This document shows, in pieces, positions 10,437-20,685 of a stretch of 64,000 nt of DNA (position 1 is its first letter; each line of letters begins with the position of its first letter). A program made the position numbers and the translations under genes. The stretch is from Pseudomonadota bacterium. GTDB lineage: Bacteria; Desulfobacterota; Desulfobacteria; Desulfobacterales; RPRI01. Where the stretch lies: contig JBDRRF010000076.1 in assembly GCA_043825875.1 (NCBI GenBank), forward strand, positions 1-64,000, written 5' to 3'. Under the pieces are notes generated by a model. The model did not search any database and was not told where the DNA came from. It saw only the letters and a program-made list of their open reading frames with translations.

Positions 10437-11567
10437 TTATGGAGTTTTACCTCCACCGACGCCACCGCCTTTTCCACCGGAACCGGTTTTACCGCCACCG
10501 ACGCCACCGCCTATTCCGCCGCCGGAACCACCGCCTCCACCGCCTCCGCCACCTGAGCCACCGCCTCCACCACCGGAACCTCCTCCTCCACCGCCGGCAC
10601 CACCACCACTTGTGTCAGGATTAATGGTTATGACAAAACTTTTTACTGCTGTATTATCATTAGTACCAGTAGAATCGTTATTGTCACTTACCTGTAATGT
10701 AACCATATAAGCACCATTTGCAGAAGGCGTGCCTGAGATTGTTGCAGTAGTTGCTGAGGAAGCAAATGTAAGCCCTGGAGCAGGAGGTACCGCAGTAACA
10801 AGACTCCACGTATAGGGGGAAATACCGCCATCTGCGTATATAACAACGCTGTATGAAACGTTTTCTGTACCGGATGGCAGATCATTATTTATTATCCGAA
10901 GCGGGGGGCCCTGACATCCTGTTTTAACTTTCAACTCATTTAATGTTACCCACTGCACAAGGTCGTCATATTCATCTTGCTCCCCAGCGGGTCTGATCAC
11001 CCTGTTTGCAGGATAGTTTGGGCAATTTCCTGCATTTGTACAATCATCTATATTAGGTTCACCGGTTTGATAAACTCCGATACAAGTTTGTCCTGTAGGA
11101 CAACCGGCTGTTATAATACCTGTCTGAGGGTTTGCATTTTCCGAACCTGTTGCCACAACAAAAGCAACATCTGATACTCTGCTGGCACAGGCCGGATCAC
11201 GGCATACTGTTAGATTTGTGGATCTGCGGCCGCATATAGAGCCAACTGTTTGAAGCTGGTTGGCGCCATCTGCCGGAAAATAATAAACAGGCTGGGTAAA
11301 TGTGTCTCTTTGATTTGTTATAACCTCACAGACCTCGTCAATAGTGGCATCCGGGAGATTATTTCCCCAAATAGGCAACCTTGCGTTTACAGCAGCAAAA
11401 CCGATAATAGATTCAGAGGCAGCTTTTAGAATATCCTTGCTTTCGGTACGTTTGGCTCTTGCTGTGAGTGATACTACCAGAGAGGCTCCAAATCCTATGA
11501 TCGTTCCTATAATGATCATAACAATGGCAATCTCGATGATAGTAAAGCCTTTCTGATCTGATGGCAT
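10437..11567 (-). CDS. Type IV prepilin-like adhesin with putative Ig domain and poly-Gly tail
   Basis: KG|FTIIE site, Cys pairs, ADGGISPYTWS Ig repeat, C-terminal Gly/Ser tract. Confidence 0.75.
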   Translation of the reverse strand: MPSDQKGFTIIEIAIVMIIIGTIIGFGASLVVSLTARAKRTESKDILKAASESIIGFAAVNARLPIWGNNLPDATIDEVCEVITNQRDTFTQPVYYFPADGANQLQTVGSICGRRSTNLTVCRDPACASRVSDVAFVVATGSENANPQTGIITAGCPTGQTCIGVYQTGEPNIDDCTNAGNCPNYPANRVIRPAGEQDEYDDLVQWVTLNELKVKTGCQGPPLRIINNDLPSGTENVSYSVVIYADGGISPYTWSLVTAVPPAPGLTFASSATTATISGTPSANGAYMVTLQVSDNNDSTGTNDNTAVKSFVITINPDTSGGGAGGGGGGSGGGGGGSGGGGGGGGGSGGGIGGGVGGGKTGSGGKGGGVGGGKTP

Positions 11568-11652
11568 CTGTTGCCCCTTTGTTTTGGCTATTACACTTCT
11601 GTACTGTAGCTATTTCGGCTCAGAAGTATAATAGCCGGGGTTAAAATATTAT

Positions 11653-12228
11653 TTAAAATTGAATCCGAAAATTAGCGATGGTAGTTCCTACCGTGTAGGC
11701 TGCACTTCCTAAGATAGTACCGGTATTAAAAACACCATCATCGTATTTAGCGTCAATTTCAAGACAGGCCTCGGCTGGAAGATTTGTAAAGCGGATATAA
11801 TGTCTAGCAACTCCAGGACCTGGATCAATCCACTCGACACGAACTGTGCCACCGAAAGCATTAGCTGGGAGGTCAGTTGTACCATTATATGATCCTCCAA
11901 TAAGATTTGAAAGCGCCAAATCGCTGAAAGCGGCAAATACCTCTGCTCCGGCAATTTGGCCGTTAAAATTACCTACAGTGGTATCGGTGCCCGGCGGAAA
12001 CAAAGTACTGTTTTCATCCCCAGGCAATTGCCCATATTTATCCAAAAACGTCATATAGGCAGCCCTCATCTCATCCGCCTGTTTTACAACGCGCTTGACT
12101 CTGGCGTTTTGAATCATTTCCTGACCCTTTAAAATGCCGCCTATCAGCAAACCAATAATAACAAGCACGATTGCAATTTCAACCAATGTAAAACCTTTCT
12201 GATTACCGTTTAACCTTAGCTTCTGCAT
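11653..12228 (-). CDS. Probable major type IV pilin
   Basis: KG|FTLVEIAIVLVIIGLLIGGILKGQEMI; strong RBS. Confidence 0.85.
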   Translation of the reverse strand: MQKLRLNGNQKGFTLVEIAIVLVIIGLLIGGILKGQEMIQNARVKRVVKQADEMRAAYMTFLDKYGQLPGDENSTLFPPGTDTTVGNFNGQIAGAEVFAAFSDLALSNLIGGSYNGTTDLPANAFGGTVRVEWIDPGPGVARHYIRFTNLPAEACLEIDAKYDDGVFNTGTILGSAAYTVGTTIANFRIQF

Positions 12229-12270
12229 TTATCCCCCTCCTCTTGTTGATTGTTGAATTTTAGTTGTTTA

Positions 12271-13791
12271 TCAGATTTTCTTAATATATGGCGTAATAAA
12301 GATCACCAGTTCCTGATTGTCCTTAAGATTTTTCATGCTACGGAATAAATTTTTTAAATACGGAATAGAGCCAAGCCCAGGAAGTCCTACATCATCCAGT
12401 TGCTTTATCTGGCTTATGAGGCCGGCCAACACCACTGTATTACCTTCTCTTACTCTTACTGTTGTAGAAAGTTCGCGAAGATCTATAATAGGATTGGAAA
12501 TGCTTTGTACCTCCGTGGCTCCTGTCGGAATCTCAACACGCTCGGTTCCCTGTATCCTTGTGATTGTGGGAACTATATGAAGAGTAATGATGCCGTCTTT
12601 TGATATTTGTGGAGTAAGTCCGAGCTGCAAACCTAGAATTGCACGTTTTATTTTAGCGCCAATGGTTAACGTATTTGTTTCCTGGTCTCTATCTACACTG
12701 TCGATGTCGCCATAGGGAAACTGATATCCAACAGTGAGCACTGCCGACTGATGATTAAGCACTGAGATGTGAGGGTTTGATATAACCGTAACATCCCCCT
12801 GGGTTTTTAGAAAATCTAAAACGCCGTTGAACTGTGACTGGGTTGATAAAAACAGTCTGCCGCTGCCGTTAACTGATAAATCAAAGACATCCGGCAGATT
12901 TTTGTCAATAATCCCGCCGCCGTTTGCCGTAAATCCAAGAGAGAATTTAGACCAGTCCAGTCCATAGCGACTGTCATCGGATAGATGAACTTCTAATATC
13001 TTTGCCTCAATAAAAACCTGGCGATGCAAGGATTCTGATAACGAATCGAGCAAATTTACCATAGCAGTAATTTTGTCAGGTGTATCAAGCATATAAATTA
13101 TGCCTGCATTAGGATTGAGTTTTAAAATACCGCCTTCGGACTTGATTCCTTCAAGTATTGCGGAAATACTTGCCCAGACATCTGTGCTTTTACCTTCCCG
13201 CTTGGCTTTGACCTGGTATTTACCTTTTACCCCTGCACCTTCCACACCAGAGGCCAGCATGTCGCCACCAACATCTATGTCGGTTTCACCCACCATATCA
13301 AGGTAGTCCATTTGATATATATATTCTTTGAAACGGCATACATTCAATACGCCATCCTTAATAGTCCATGTATATCCCGCCCCTTTTTCAACTATCATAT
13401 CAAGCGCTTCTTCCATAGTCACATTTTTTAGCCTAACTGTGACAAGCTTTGTAAGATCAACATCCGAATCTACGGACATATTAATATCCGCCTCGGTTGC
13501 AATAGTGGCCATGGCTTCGCCCAATTTGGCCTGATCCAAAACCATGGAAAAAAGCTTGATGTCTTTTTCGAGCCCTTTTGAAACAGGCAGATAAGTTTCG
13601 GAAAAAGGCGGGGGGCCCGGAAGTTGAGATATCTTTTCCTGCTCCAGGATTTTAGCCGGATTATCGATATTTTCAAGAGCCGGCGTAGTAACTGGCCTGA
13701 CTTCCTGTATAGAGGCACATCCTGTAAAAAGCAGGATAGGGCATATAATAAACAACAAACTATACCGGGAGAAAATACGGAGCATAATCAC
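12271..13791 (-). CDS. Secretin (MshL/GspD family), lipoprotein
   Basis: FTGC lipobox, QVFIEAKILEV, GLDW, LSTTVRVREGNTVVLAGLI, ELVIFITP. Confidence 0.9.
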   Translation of the reverse strand: MIMLRIFSRYSLLFIICPILLFTGCASIQEVRPVTTPALENIDNPAKILEQEKISQLPGPPPFSETYLPVSKGLEKDIKLFSMVLDQAKLGEAMATIATEADINMSVDSDVDLTKLVTVRLKNVTMEEALDMIVEKGAGYTWTIKDGVLNVCRFKEYIYQMDYLDMVGETDIDVGGDMLASGVEGAGVKGKYQVKAKREGKSTDVWASISAILEGIKSEGGILKLNPNAGIIYMLDTPDKITAMVNLLDSLSESLHRQVFIEAKILEVHLSDDSRYGLDWSKFSLGFTANGGGIIDKNLPDVFDLSVNGSGRLFLSTQSQFNGVLDFLKTQGDVTVISNPHISVLNHQSAVLTVGYQFPYGDIDSVDRDQETNTLTIGAKIKRAILGLQLGLTPQISKDGIITLHIVPTITRIQGTERVEIPTGATEVQSISNPIIDLRELSTTVRVREGNTVVLAGLISQIKQLDDVGLPGLGSIPYLKNLFRSMKNLKDNQELVIFITPYIKKI

Positions 13792-14339
13792 CTCGATTCG
13801 GCCCCTGCGGGCTTTTGTTTCCCAGCAAGGGAAAAATAGACTTCAGGCGCAGGGATAAATTTTGTCTCCCCGTTTTTAGATAGTAAAACTCCCTTAGCCG
13901 TTATTTTTTTTATGGTAAAATTCATGATCTTATCGTTTTCATACAGTCTTTTGCCTTCCATAAGTGCAATAAATTTTGATCTTTCTCCAAGTCCTGCGAC
14001 CTGAAGTATTCCGGCAAGATTCGGAATGTCGGCTATCTTCTGATTTTCGGTTGGCTGAGTACTTGCTGTCAATTGTATCTTTTCAGGCTTTGCCTTACGT
14101 CCCATTTTGGCAACAGCAATTATTGCCTCCGCACTTTTAATCAGATCGTCTACCGTCTGATCCTGCATTTGTTTATACTGCTTCCATTTATTGCCTGCCA
14201 TTTTAAATTCTTCGGATTTTTGTGCTATCGGAGATCCGATAAGCTCCGTAAGCAAATAGATATTTATGGCAACAACTATAACGGCTGCAATTATAAAACC
14301 ATCAATTATTAATCGTTTTTTTGAGCCGATTTGTATCAT
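13788..14339 (-). CDS. MshK/PilP-like accessory protein
   Basis: N-terminal TM, C-terminal beta domain, overlaps secretin start. Confidence 0.5.
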   Translation of the reverse strand: MIQIGSKKRLIIDGFIIAAVIVVAINIYLLTELIGSPIAQKSEEFKMAGNKWKQYKQMQDQTVDDLIKSAEAIIAVAKMGRKAKPEKIQLTASTQPTENQKIADIPNLAGILQVAGLGERSKFIALMEGKRLYENDKIMNFTIKKITAKGVLLSKNGETKFIPAPEVYFSLAGKQKPAGAESR

Positions 14340-14347
14340 ATATAATT

Positions 14348-14854
14348 CTATTCGCTATTTGCCGATTTAATCCTGTATCTGAAAAAAAAGGACCCGTTTA
14401 AAACAGTCATGTTTGATATAGGATTCATAGTTATTTTTAAATTATTAGGTTTCAAAAACGGCAAGTCATTTTTAACCGATTTAAACCATTTATAAATATC
14501 TTCATAATTTCCTTCAAATGATAAATCAACCGGCACATAACCATCTGACTCGCTAGCATGCTGCTTTTCAATTTTAAGATTTTCAAGATGATACTTAGAT
14601 GATAGCTTCTTAAGGCGGTCGTCAATTGCCAAAAGACCCAGATCAACAGATTCTACGTCAAGAAACAGCTTCTCACCTTCTGTTATGATGAAACTGATAT
14701 TTTTTGAATTCTGCTGCCAGAACTCTTCATCCATACGCAGGCTTTCAATCTTTTCGGATTGATATTTCAAACGCTTGATCTCAGATGCATTATAAAATGT
14801 CAGAACAATAACTGCAAGCCATAAAGCACCTGTTATAATCCATTTATTTCTCAT
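14348..14854 (-). CDS. PilO/MshJ-like alignment subunit
   Basis: TM, coiled coil, VDLSFEGNYEDIYKWF motif. Confidence 0.6.
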   Translation of the reverse strand: MRNKWIITGALWLAVIVLTFYNASEIKRLKYQSEKIESLRMDEEFWQQNSKNISFIITEGEKLFLDVESVDLGLLAIDDRLKKLSSKYHLENLKIEKQHASESDGYVPVDLSFEGNYEDIYKWFKSVKNDLPFLKPNNLKITMNPISNMTVLNGSFFFRYRIKSANSE

Positions 14855-14855
14855 A

Positions 14856-16283
14856 TTATTTCAAGTCCAACTTAATGTTAAACTTATAACCGGCAGGTCC
14901 GGAATTACCACCCCCCTGCTCCATATCAAAGTTGATATCTCCTATTACAGCGGGCCTGCTAAGTTTAAGATTCCGCGTCAAACCATCGACCATAGCAGAA
15001 AGACCGGGTTTGATACCATCAGGATTTTCTGTTCTTACCTGGCCTTTCATTACAACCTGAAAAGGAGGTTCAAGATTGAAAGTCAGCTCTTCCATTGTCA
15101 CAGTTTCGGGAAGGCTAAGAGCAATTCCTCCAAGTATAGATGCAGGATCAGGGCGCTGCATCTCATTTGTAATCAGATCAATAGTATTATTATATTCTTC
15201 GATAACCTGACGATTGGCCATCATATCATTTGAAAGTCGCAACATCACTGATTTGGAATTGCTTCCTGATAAATAATTCAGAAAAAAAGCCTCAAATCCT
15301 AAAAGAAAAATAAGAAGCACCCCGGTGATAATCCCGGCCCGAATAACCGAATGCCAGGCTTTTTCCATAACAACAAAGCGGTGACTTATAGCAGGCACTG
15401 CTTTCTGATCGATATCGGCCAAAGTAAATGCCGATAATGGTGGGGGCATAAAATCTTTTTCTTTAACTTCAACAATATCTTTCCGGTCACTTTCAATCCG
15501 GATAATATCTTTTCCAAGTTTTTCTGAAAGTTCGGTCTCATTTATATGTATGGAAGATACAAAAAAGAACTTATTGATCTCGGATTTTGCTTTTTGTGAA
15601 AAAAGACGAAGGGACTGGCTTATTTCAAAGGATAGAATTTCAAGCTTTCCACTGCCTGCTTCTTCAGATTCGGGTAACATAATACTTCTTGAAAAAAGAA
15701 AATCCCCATTTAAATAAAAGTACAGATAACATTCTTCAGATAATACATGTATAAGACAAAAATTTTCAGAAGACGCATTGTCAACCAGCTTGCCTATTTT
15801 ATGCTGCCAAATATAGGCCGGAATAGTAATACGGTCAGGGCATATGTCAGCATCTTTAAGATGATTGTACAAATTAAATACAAGAGGATCATGCAGGAAA
15901 AAAGCATAAATACTTCCGGCAGACTGGCCGCTTTTTGAATAAGTATAATTATAGAAATCAATTACATCCGGAACAGCGGGAAAGGACTCTGAAAGTTTTC
16001 TTTTGATAAAAGCAGATACAATTGATTTTTTACCTGTAGCAAATGGATAAGTTTCAATACCGGCAACATAATCAGGCATCACCAGCAAAGGATTTTTTAC
16101 CTTTTTTGCTTCCTCGAAAAAAATGCCGGAAAATTCGTCCGGCAAATACTCTTCTTTAATCGGTATTGTGCCGATAACCCTGCCATCAATATCCTTTCGA
16201 CCATAAAGTACAAATTGCAATTCACTGTTATGGGCAATTATTATCAGCTTATTATTCTTTCTCATACTATAAAGTTTCGGCAT
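14856..16283 (-). CDS. PilM/PilN-like (MshI/GspL-like) protein
   Basis: FSRSI..EISQSL, single TM, LPETVTMEEL periplasmic motif; operon position. Confidence 0.6.
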   Translation of the reverse strand: MPKLYSMRKNNKLIIIAHNSELQFVLYGRKDIDGRVIGTIPIKEEYLPDEFSGIFFEEAKKVKNPLLVMPDYVAGIETYPFATGKKSIVSAFIKRKLSESFPAVPDVIDFYNYTYSKSGQSAGSIYAFFLHDPLVFNLYNHLKDADICPDRITIPAYIWQHKIGKLVDNASSENFCLIHVLSEECYLYFYLNGDFLFSRSIMLPESEEAGSGKLEILSFEISQSLRLFSQKAKSEINKFFFVSSIHINETELSEKLGKDIIRIESDRKDIVEVKEKDFMPPPLSAFTLADIDQKAVPAISHRFVVMEKAWHSVIRAGIITGVLLIFLLGFEAFFLNYLSGSNSKSVMLRLSNDMMANRQVIEEYNNTIDLITNEMQRPDPASILGGIALSLPETVTMEELTFNLEPPFQVVMKGQVRTENPDGIKPGLSAMVDGLTRNLKLSRPAVIGDINFDMEQGGGNSGPAGYKFNIKLDLK

Positions 16284-16317
16284 TTTTTAACTTTTTCTTA
16301 AGTATTATATTCCGATA

Positions 16318-17319
16318 TTATTTTTTTACTATCCCTTGAATAACACCTGAATCATTGGGTGTTTGAATCGGAAGACGGCGGAGTTTCTCAACTCCTGCTG
16401 CTGCAAGCATATCCATGATCTGCTTTTCAGAATAGGACTGGCCGTTTTCTGTACCAAGAAGCATATTAAGAGAGAAAAGAGCCGGAAACATCGGGCCGTT
16501 CATATCATTATTTAAAATAAATTCGTGGATCAAAATCATGCCTTCCGGTTTAAGAACAGACACTGCTTTTTGTATGATCTTTTGAGCATCATGTGGACCT
16601 TCGCCATGCAGAATGTGTGACAACCAGGCAACATCATAGGTGCCTGAAATATCTTTATTCACATAATCACCGGCCTGAAAGTCAATCCTTTCCGAAAGAC
16701 CGAATTTAGCAACAGTTTCTTCGGCAAAAGGCCTGGTTGTTTTTTGATCATAAATAGTAGCAAGAAGTGATGGATTGTTTAAACAAAAATGAATTGCATA
16801 TGTTCCAGGACCACCGCCTAAGTCTAAAAGATGGTTTTTTCCGGAAAGATCGATTTTTCCAACTATTTGCGGTGCAAGGCTTGATGCAAGATTAAACATG
16901 CCCATAAGAAAATTTTCCCGTACTTCGGCATTATCATAAGAAGCTCTGCTACGCACAGCTTTTCCGGTTTTAACACCCTTATCCAGCTCGTTCCAGGATG
17001 CCATAAGATGATGATGATGCATTATAATATATCCGAGGTATTGCGGGGATTCTTTTATTAGATAAGATTTGCAAAAGTCTGAGTTTAAAAAGTACTCATT
17101 TTTTTTTATTAAGAGGCCCATGGCCGAAAGAGCATTAAGGAGCATAATGACTCCTCTGTCATCACCACTTAGTTTATCGGCAATCTTTTGACCGGTAAGT
17201 GATTGATCACCTATAACAGTAAAAACGCCCAGCTTGACTCCTGCATGGAGTGCACAGGTCGCCCAATAACTGCCGGATATACCTAAAAGCTTACTCGGGT
17301 TCCATTCTTCTGTATTCAT
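16318..17319 (-). CDS. SAM-dependent O-methyltransferase with dimerisation domain
   Basis: LLDLGGGPG, SHILH, ILIHEF motifs. Confidence 0.85.
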   Translation of the reverse strand: MNTEEWNPSKLLGISGSYWATCALHAGVKLGVFTVIGDQSLTGQKIADKLSGDDRGVIMLLNALSAMGLLIKKNEYFLNSDFCKSYLIKESPQYLGYIIMHHHHLMASWNELDKGVKTGKAVRSRASYDNAEVRENFLMGMFNLASSLAPQIVGKIDLSGKNHLLDLGGGPGTYAIHFCLNNPSLLATIYDQKTTRPFAEETVAKFGLSERIDFQAGDYVNKDISGTYDVAWLSHILHGEGPHDAQKIIQKAVSVLKPEGMILIHEFILNNDMNGPMFPALFSLNMLLGTENGQSYSEKQIMDMLAAAGVEKLRRLPIQTPNDSGVIQGIVKK

Positions 17320-17486
17320 GCCATATTCCTTTTAGAAAATAATTGGCCTGGAAATAATACATTTTTGAAGACCAGTAAACACATCCATAATTGATAAAAC
17401 GCAATTAATTATTTAATATTTTATACAATAGTTTGATTTAAAAAGCAATTATAATTGATAGTCGCGTAAAAAATCTTTAATAATTA

Positions 17487-18818
17487 TTATTTTCGATTAT
17501 CTGATATAACCCGCTTTTGTATTCCTGAACTTAGCATAATGTCTGAAACACATTTAACAGGGTTAATAAACAGCAGTTTTTGAGAATATGCAATCTGGGG
17601 AATCATCATTATCTTTTCAATTGCAGCAGCACAAACTTCATCCTGATCTGCTTTTCCATCAATACTTAAGGTAATATCAAGACAATCTTTACCATCACAG
17701 GTTGTAAGTGCTGCTGTATAATCCATAACATCCGGCAGGGCAAAAAGCATTTCATCCAAAAAAGCCATCATAACCGGCTTTCCCGAAGATAGATAAACTA
17801 TATTGTTTGTACGGCAGGCGATTTTATCCAATCGTTTTAAAACTGAACCACAAGGACATGGTTTGGCAAGAAATTTTGATATATCACCTGTGCGGTAACG
17901 GATAAGAGGCATTGCCTCACGATTTAAAGTTGTTATCACAACTTCACCCGTCTCTCCATCAGACAATATCTGTCCTGTTTTCGGATCAATGATTTCAATA
18001 TAAAGATCTGCTTCGCGCATATGATGACCACATCGGGCATCACATTCCACTCCACCGCCATATCCCATCTCGCTCATACCATAATGGCTATAAACCTCAC
18101 AGTTATATATATTTTTCAGCACTTCAGTGATGATATCCGGAACATAGTCGGTAGTTAAAAGTGCTTTCATCCTTTTACTTTTCAAATATTTTTCCCCTTT
18201 TCTGCACCGAAAAAGGGCAAGAATCTGAACCGGAGTTCCAACAAGACATGTTATGTCATTTTTCAAAACAGCCTCTACCGTTTGTTTAGGATCTATAACG
18301 AAACCATGCATGATACTTCTTACATTCATGCGAAGCAAAGCTCTTGAGAGAAGATCTCCGACACTGTCCGGCCTTTCGCCTGGCAAAAGGATCAAAACCC
18401 GGTCATCTTCATTAACCAGTGTTGACATACCGTAATGGAAAAAATCCAGGGTATGTTCCAGATCTTCTTTTGTGAAAAAAATTCGTTTGGCCAAACCTGT
18501 GGTAGCAGAGCTTTGTAATGTAACACAACGTTTAACAGCGCTTTGCGAAACGCAGAGAAATTGCAGCGGATAGCTTCTTAAATCATCGGAGATAGTAAAT
18601 GGAAGGCTGGAATAATCATTTAAGGTTTTTACAGTATTGCTTTCAAAACCGGCCAGAAGATTTTTATAGAAAGGACTATTTTTGCGGGCATAAGAAATGG
18701 TTTCGTTAATCTTATCAACTTGAAAAGCTTCAATAGCTTCTCTTGTGAGATAAGGCAATGCTTTCTCGAGCGATATCTTCTTTAAAATCCAATCCTCCAA
18801 AGGAGTTTTAGAAATCAT
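17487..18818 (-). CDS. Phenylacetate-CoA ligase-like AMP-dependent ligase (DVU_1553-like); start moved to MISKTP
   Basis: SSATTG, HYGMSE, GEVVITTL, PLIRYRTGD; upstream ORF extension lies in a REP. Confidence 0.8.
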   Translation of the reverse strand: MISKTPLEDWILKKISLEKALPYLTREAIEAFQVDKINETISYARKNSPFYKNLLAGFESNTVKTLNDYSSLPFTISDDLRSYPLQFLCVSQSAVKRCVTLQSSATTGLAKRIFFTKEDLEHTLDFFHYGMSTLVNEDDRVLILLPGERPDSVGDLLSRALLRMNVRSIMHGFVIDPKQTVEAVLKNDITCLVGTPVQILALFRCRKGEKYLKSKRMKALLTTDYVPDIITEVLKNIYNCEVYSHYGMSEMGYGGGVECDARCGHHMREADLYIEIIDPKTGQILSDGETGEVVITTLNREAMPLIRYRTGDISKFLAKPCPCGSVLKRLDKIACRTNNIVYLSSGKPVMMAFLDEMLFALPDVMDYTAALTTCDGKDCLDITLSIDGKADQDEVCAAAIEKIMMIPQIAYSQKLLFINPVKCVSDIMLSSGIQKRVISDNRK

Positions 18819-18872
18819 ATCCAAATCTCCGGCAGTGTGTAAAATCCACCTTGCAAAAGAAACCATACTCCC

Positions 18873-19017
18873 GTAGGGCGGTATTTTACATACCGCCATG
18901 TAATGGCAATATATGTCATTTGACCATCATCTTGCGTTATGCCACAAACATCTTTCGGCGGGGTGTAAAACCCCGCCCTACTGGCATCTTCTGTTGGGCG
19001 GGGTTTTACACCCCGCC
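18873..19017. repeat. Three GTAG-type REP palindromes in alternating orientation
   Basis: GTAGGGCGGGGTTTTACACCCCGCC consensus at 18873-18897, 18957-18981 (reverse), 18993-19017. Confidence 0.8.
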
Positions 19018-19025
19018 ATTAATCT

Positions 19026-19108
19026 CCGGTTTTTAAAAAAAGTATTTTAGAAATTACCCAATCCCCGGTTTTTAAAAAAAGTATTTTAGAAATTACCCAA
19101 TCCCCGGT
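19026..19108. repeat. Perfect 39-bp tandem duplication spanning the radical SAM stop codon
   Basis: CCGGTTTTTAAAAAAAGTATTTTAGAAATTACCCAATCC x2 followed by CCGGT. Confidence 0.9.
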
Positions 19109-20498
19109 AAACAGGTTTATTTTGGCTGTCGTTAAGATTATAGGCACAAAAAGGAATAAGACGGCCGTCATTTGATACAACATGGATGCAGCAGTCTTTA
19201 AGACGTTCCAAATCAAGATTCCAGACATCTTGAAAGGCCATGCCGGAAATTGAAAAAGATCGGTTATGTACAAAATCTAAAAAACCGTCAATATCCATAT
19301 CGCACATTTCGTCTTCACCCCCCTGCCCTATTCTTTTAGCTTCTTGACTTTTTACACATGATACCTGATCTCTCACCCCACTCCATTGCCTTGCTACGGA
19401 AGTTATTGACTGCCTTGCTCCTATATCGGCTCTTAAGGGCTTGTTGCAGCAAACGCTGTTATCTGTTACCACCGGTTTTAATTGCTCTGAACTCATCACA
19501 AGAAACTTGCCGTTAAAAGAACAAAGAGCATTTTCACAGCCGGGAGGTCTGAAATCGGAGGCTTTTACCATACCACCGCTTTGAATTTCAAGAGCTGTTA
19601 TAATTTCCGGGATAGTAATACGGTCATGATTTTCCACCTTTTTGGGATATCGTCCGAAATAACTGACAGGCTGAAAATGAATACCCCTTACCGCAGGATA
19701 TTCTTTTAAAGCAAATTCCAGAATTGCACCGATTTCATGAACGTTTATCCCCGGCACTATCATGGGAACCAGGACAACACCAATACCTGCTTTTGCGCAT
19801 CGCTCTATTGCCAGCAGCTTATTGGCAAGCAATTTTTGTCCTCTTAAAGCAAGATATGTTTCATCACTTAGACCGTCAAACTGAAAAAAAACCGATGCAA
19901 GACCTGCATCTTTAAGCTTTGCCGCATAATCTTTCTGTTCGACCAGCCGCAGGCCGTTTGTGTTTAGCTGAATAAATCCGAATCCTTTGCTTCTCCCCAT
20001 TTCAATGATTTGAAAAAGATCTTCTCTTAATGTCGGCTCGCCGCCGGAAAGCTGAATATTACATGACGGGGCAGCCTTTCTGACACGCTCAAACCAGAAC
20101 TCTATCGTCTTAATATCAGGATCGGAAACAGCAGATTTTTCCGAAGATGCAAAACAGTATCTGCAACCAAGATTGCAGTGTTGTGTGATTTCCAGAAGAG
20201 CCGTGCAGGTAATCTGCCTGTGCGAAGAACATAAACCGCAGTCAAACGGACAGCCTTTATTAATATTGCTGTAGCATACAGGAGGCTGGACAGGTATTTT
20301 AGGTCTTATCCATCTCTCAAAGGGCGGATCTTTACGCCAGATTACAGTAGAAAATTGCCCATGGGACTCACACCACTTTTCAAGATAAACATCACTTCCA
20401 TCTGTAACCCTGAATGCCGGGATCTTTTTAAGGCATACAGGACAAAGGCTTTTAGTTTTAGATAAAACCCGGTAGCTTGAAATTTCACTATTTGACAT
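19086..20498 (-). CDS. trsS: Radical SAM protein, TrsS family (Tes/MJ0619-like architecture)
   Basis: SLCPVC..C..HG, GCPFDCGLC..H, CNLGCRYC, SGGEP, CCIH..GRLIPFCAYN. Confidence 0.75.
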   Translation of the reverse strand: MSNSEISSYRVLSKTKSLCPVCLKKIPAFRVTDGSDVYLEKWCESHGQFSTVIWRKDPPFERWIRPKIPVQPPVCYSNINKGCPFDCGLCSSHRQITCTALLEITQHCNLGCRYCFASSEKSAVSDPDIKTIEFWFERVRKAAPSCNIQLSGGEPTLREDLFQIIEMGRSKGFGFIQLNTNGLRLVEQKDYAAKLKDAGLASVFFQFDGLSDETYLALRGQKLLANKLLAIERCAKAGIGVVLVPMIVPGINVHEIGAILEFALKEYPAVRGIHFQPVSYFGRYPKKVENHDRITIPEIITALEIQSGGMVKASDFRPPGCENALCSFNGKFLVMSSEQLKPVVTDNSVCCNKPLRADIGARQSITSVARQWSGVRDQVSCVKSQEAKRIGQGGEDEMCDMDIDGFLDFVHNRSFSISGMAFQDVWNLDLERLKDCCIHVVSNDGRLIPFCAYNLNDSQNKPVYRGLGNF

Positions 20499-20556
20499 AT
20501 CAATACCTTCACACTCCCCTTAATCTCAAAGGAATAGATGCAGGCTTACCATTTCT

Positions 20557-20685
20557 ACAACCCCCTTTATCCCCCTTTTCTAAGGGGGAATTTCTAAATG
20601 ATGGCCTCTTTTCTAAGGGAAGATTTGAAATGGTTGATGCCCTCATCCGCTGATTCCCCCTTAACAAAGGGGGCCAGGGGGTTGT
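20557..20685. repeat. Inverted pair of CCCCCTT..AAGGGGG palindromes (REP/MITE-like) overlapping the 3' end of the upstream gene
   Basis: ACAACCCCCTTTATCCCCCTTTTCTAAGGGGGAAT ... ATTCCCCCTTAACAAAGGGGGCCAGGGGGTTGT. Confidence 0.75.

Noticed and set aside
10289..10624. His/Arg-rich ORF on the plus strand
   Set aside because: Antisense shadow of the poly-Gly codons
19026..19108. Possible CRISPR repeats
   Set aside because: Two abutting units with no spacer, and no cas genes
19019..19273. 84-aa ORF with repeated peptide
   Set aside because: Alternative frame created by the 39-bp duplication
19086..20498. Selenoprotein form of TrsS
   Set aside because: ORF is uninterrupted, has no in-frame TGA and ends in TAA
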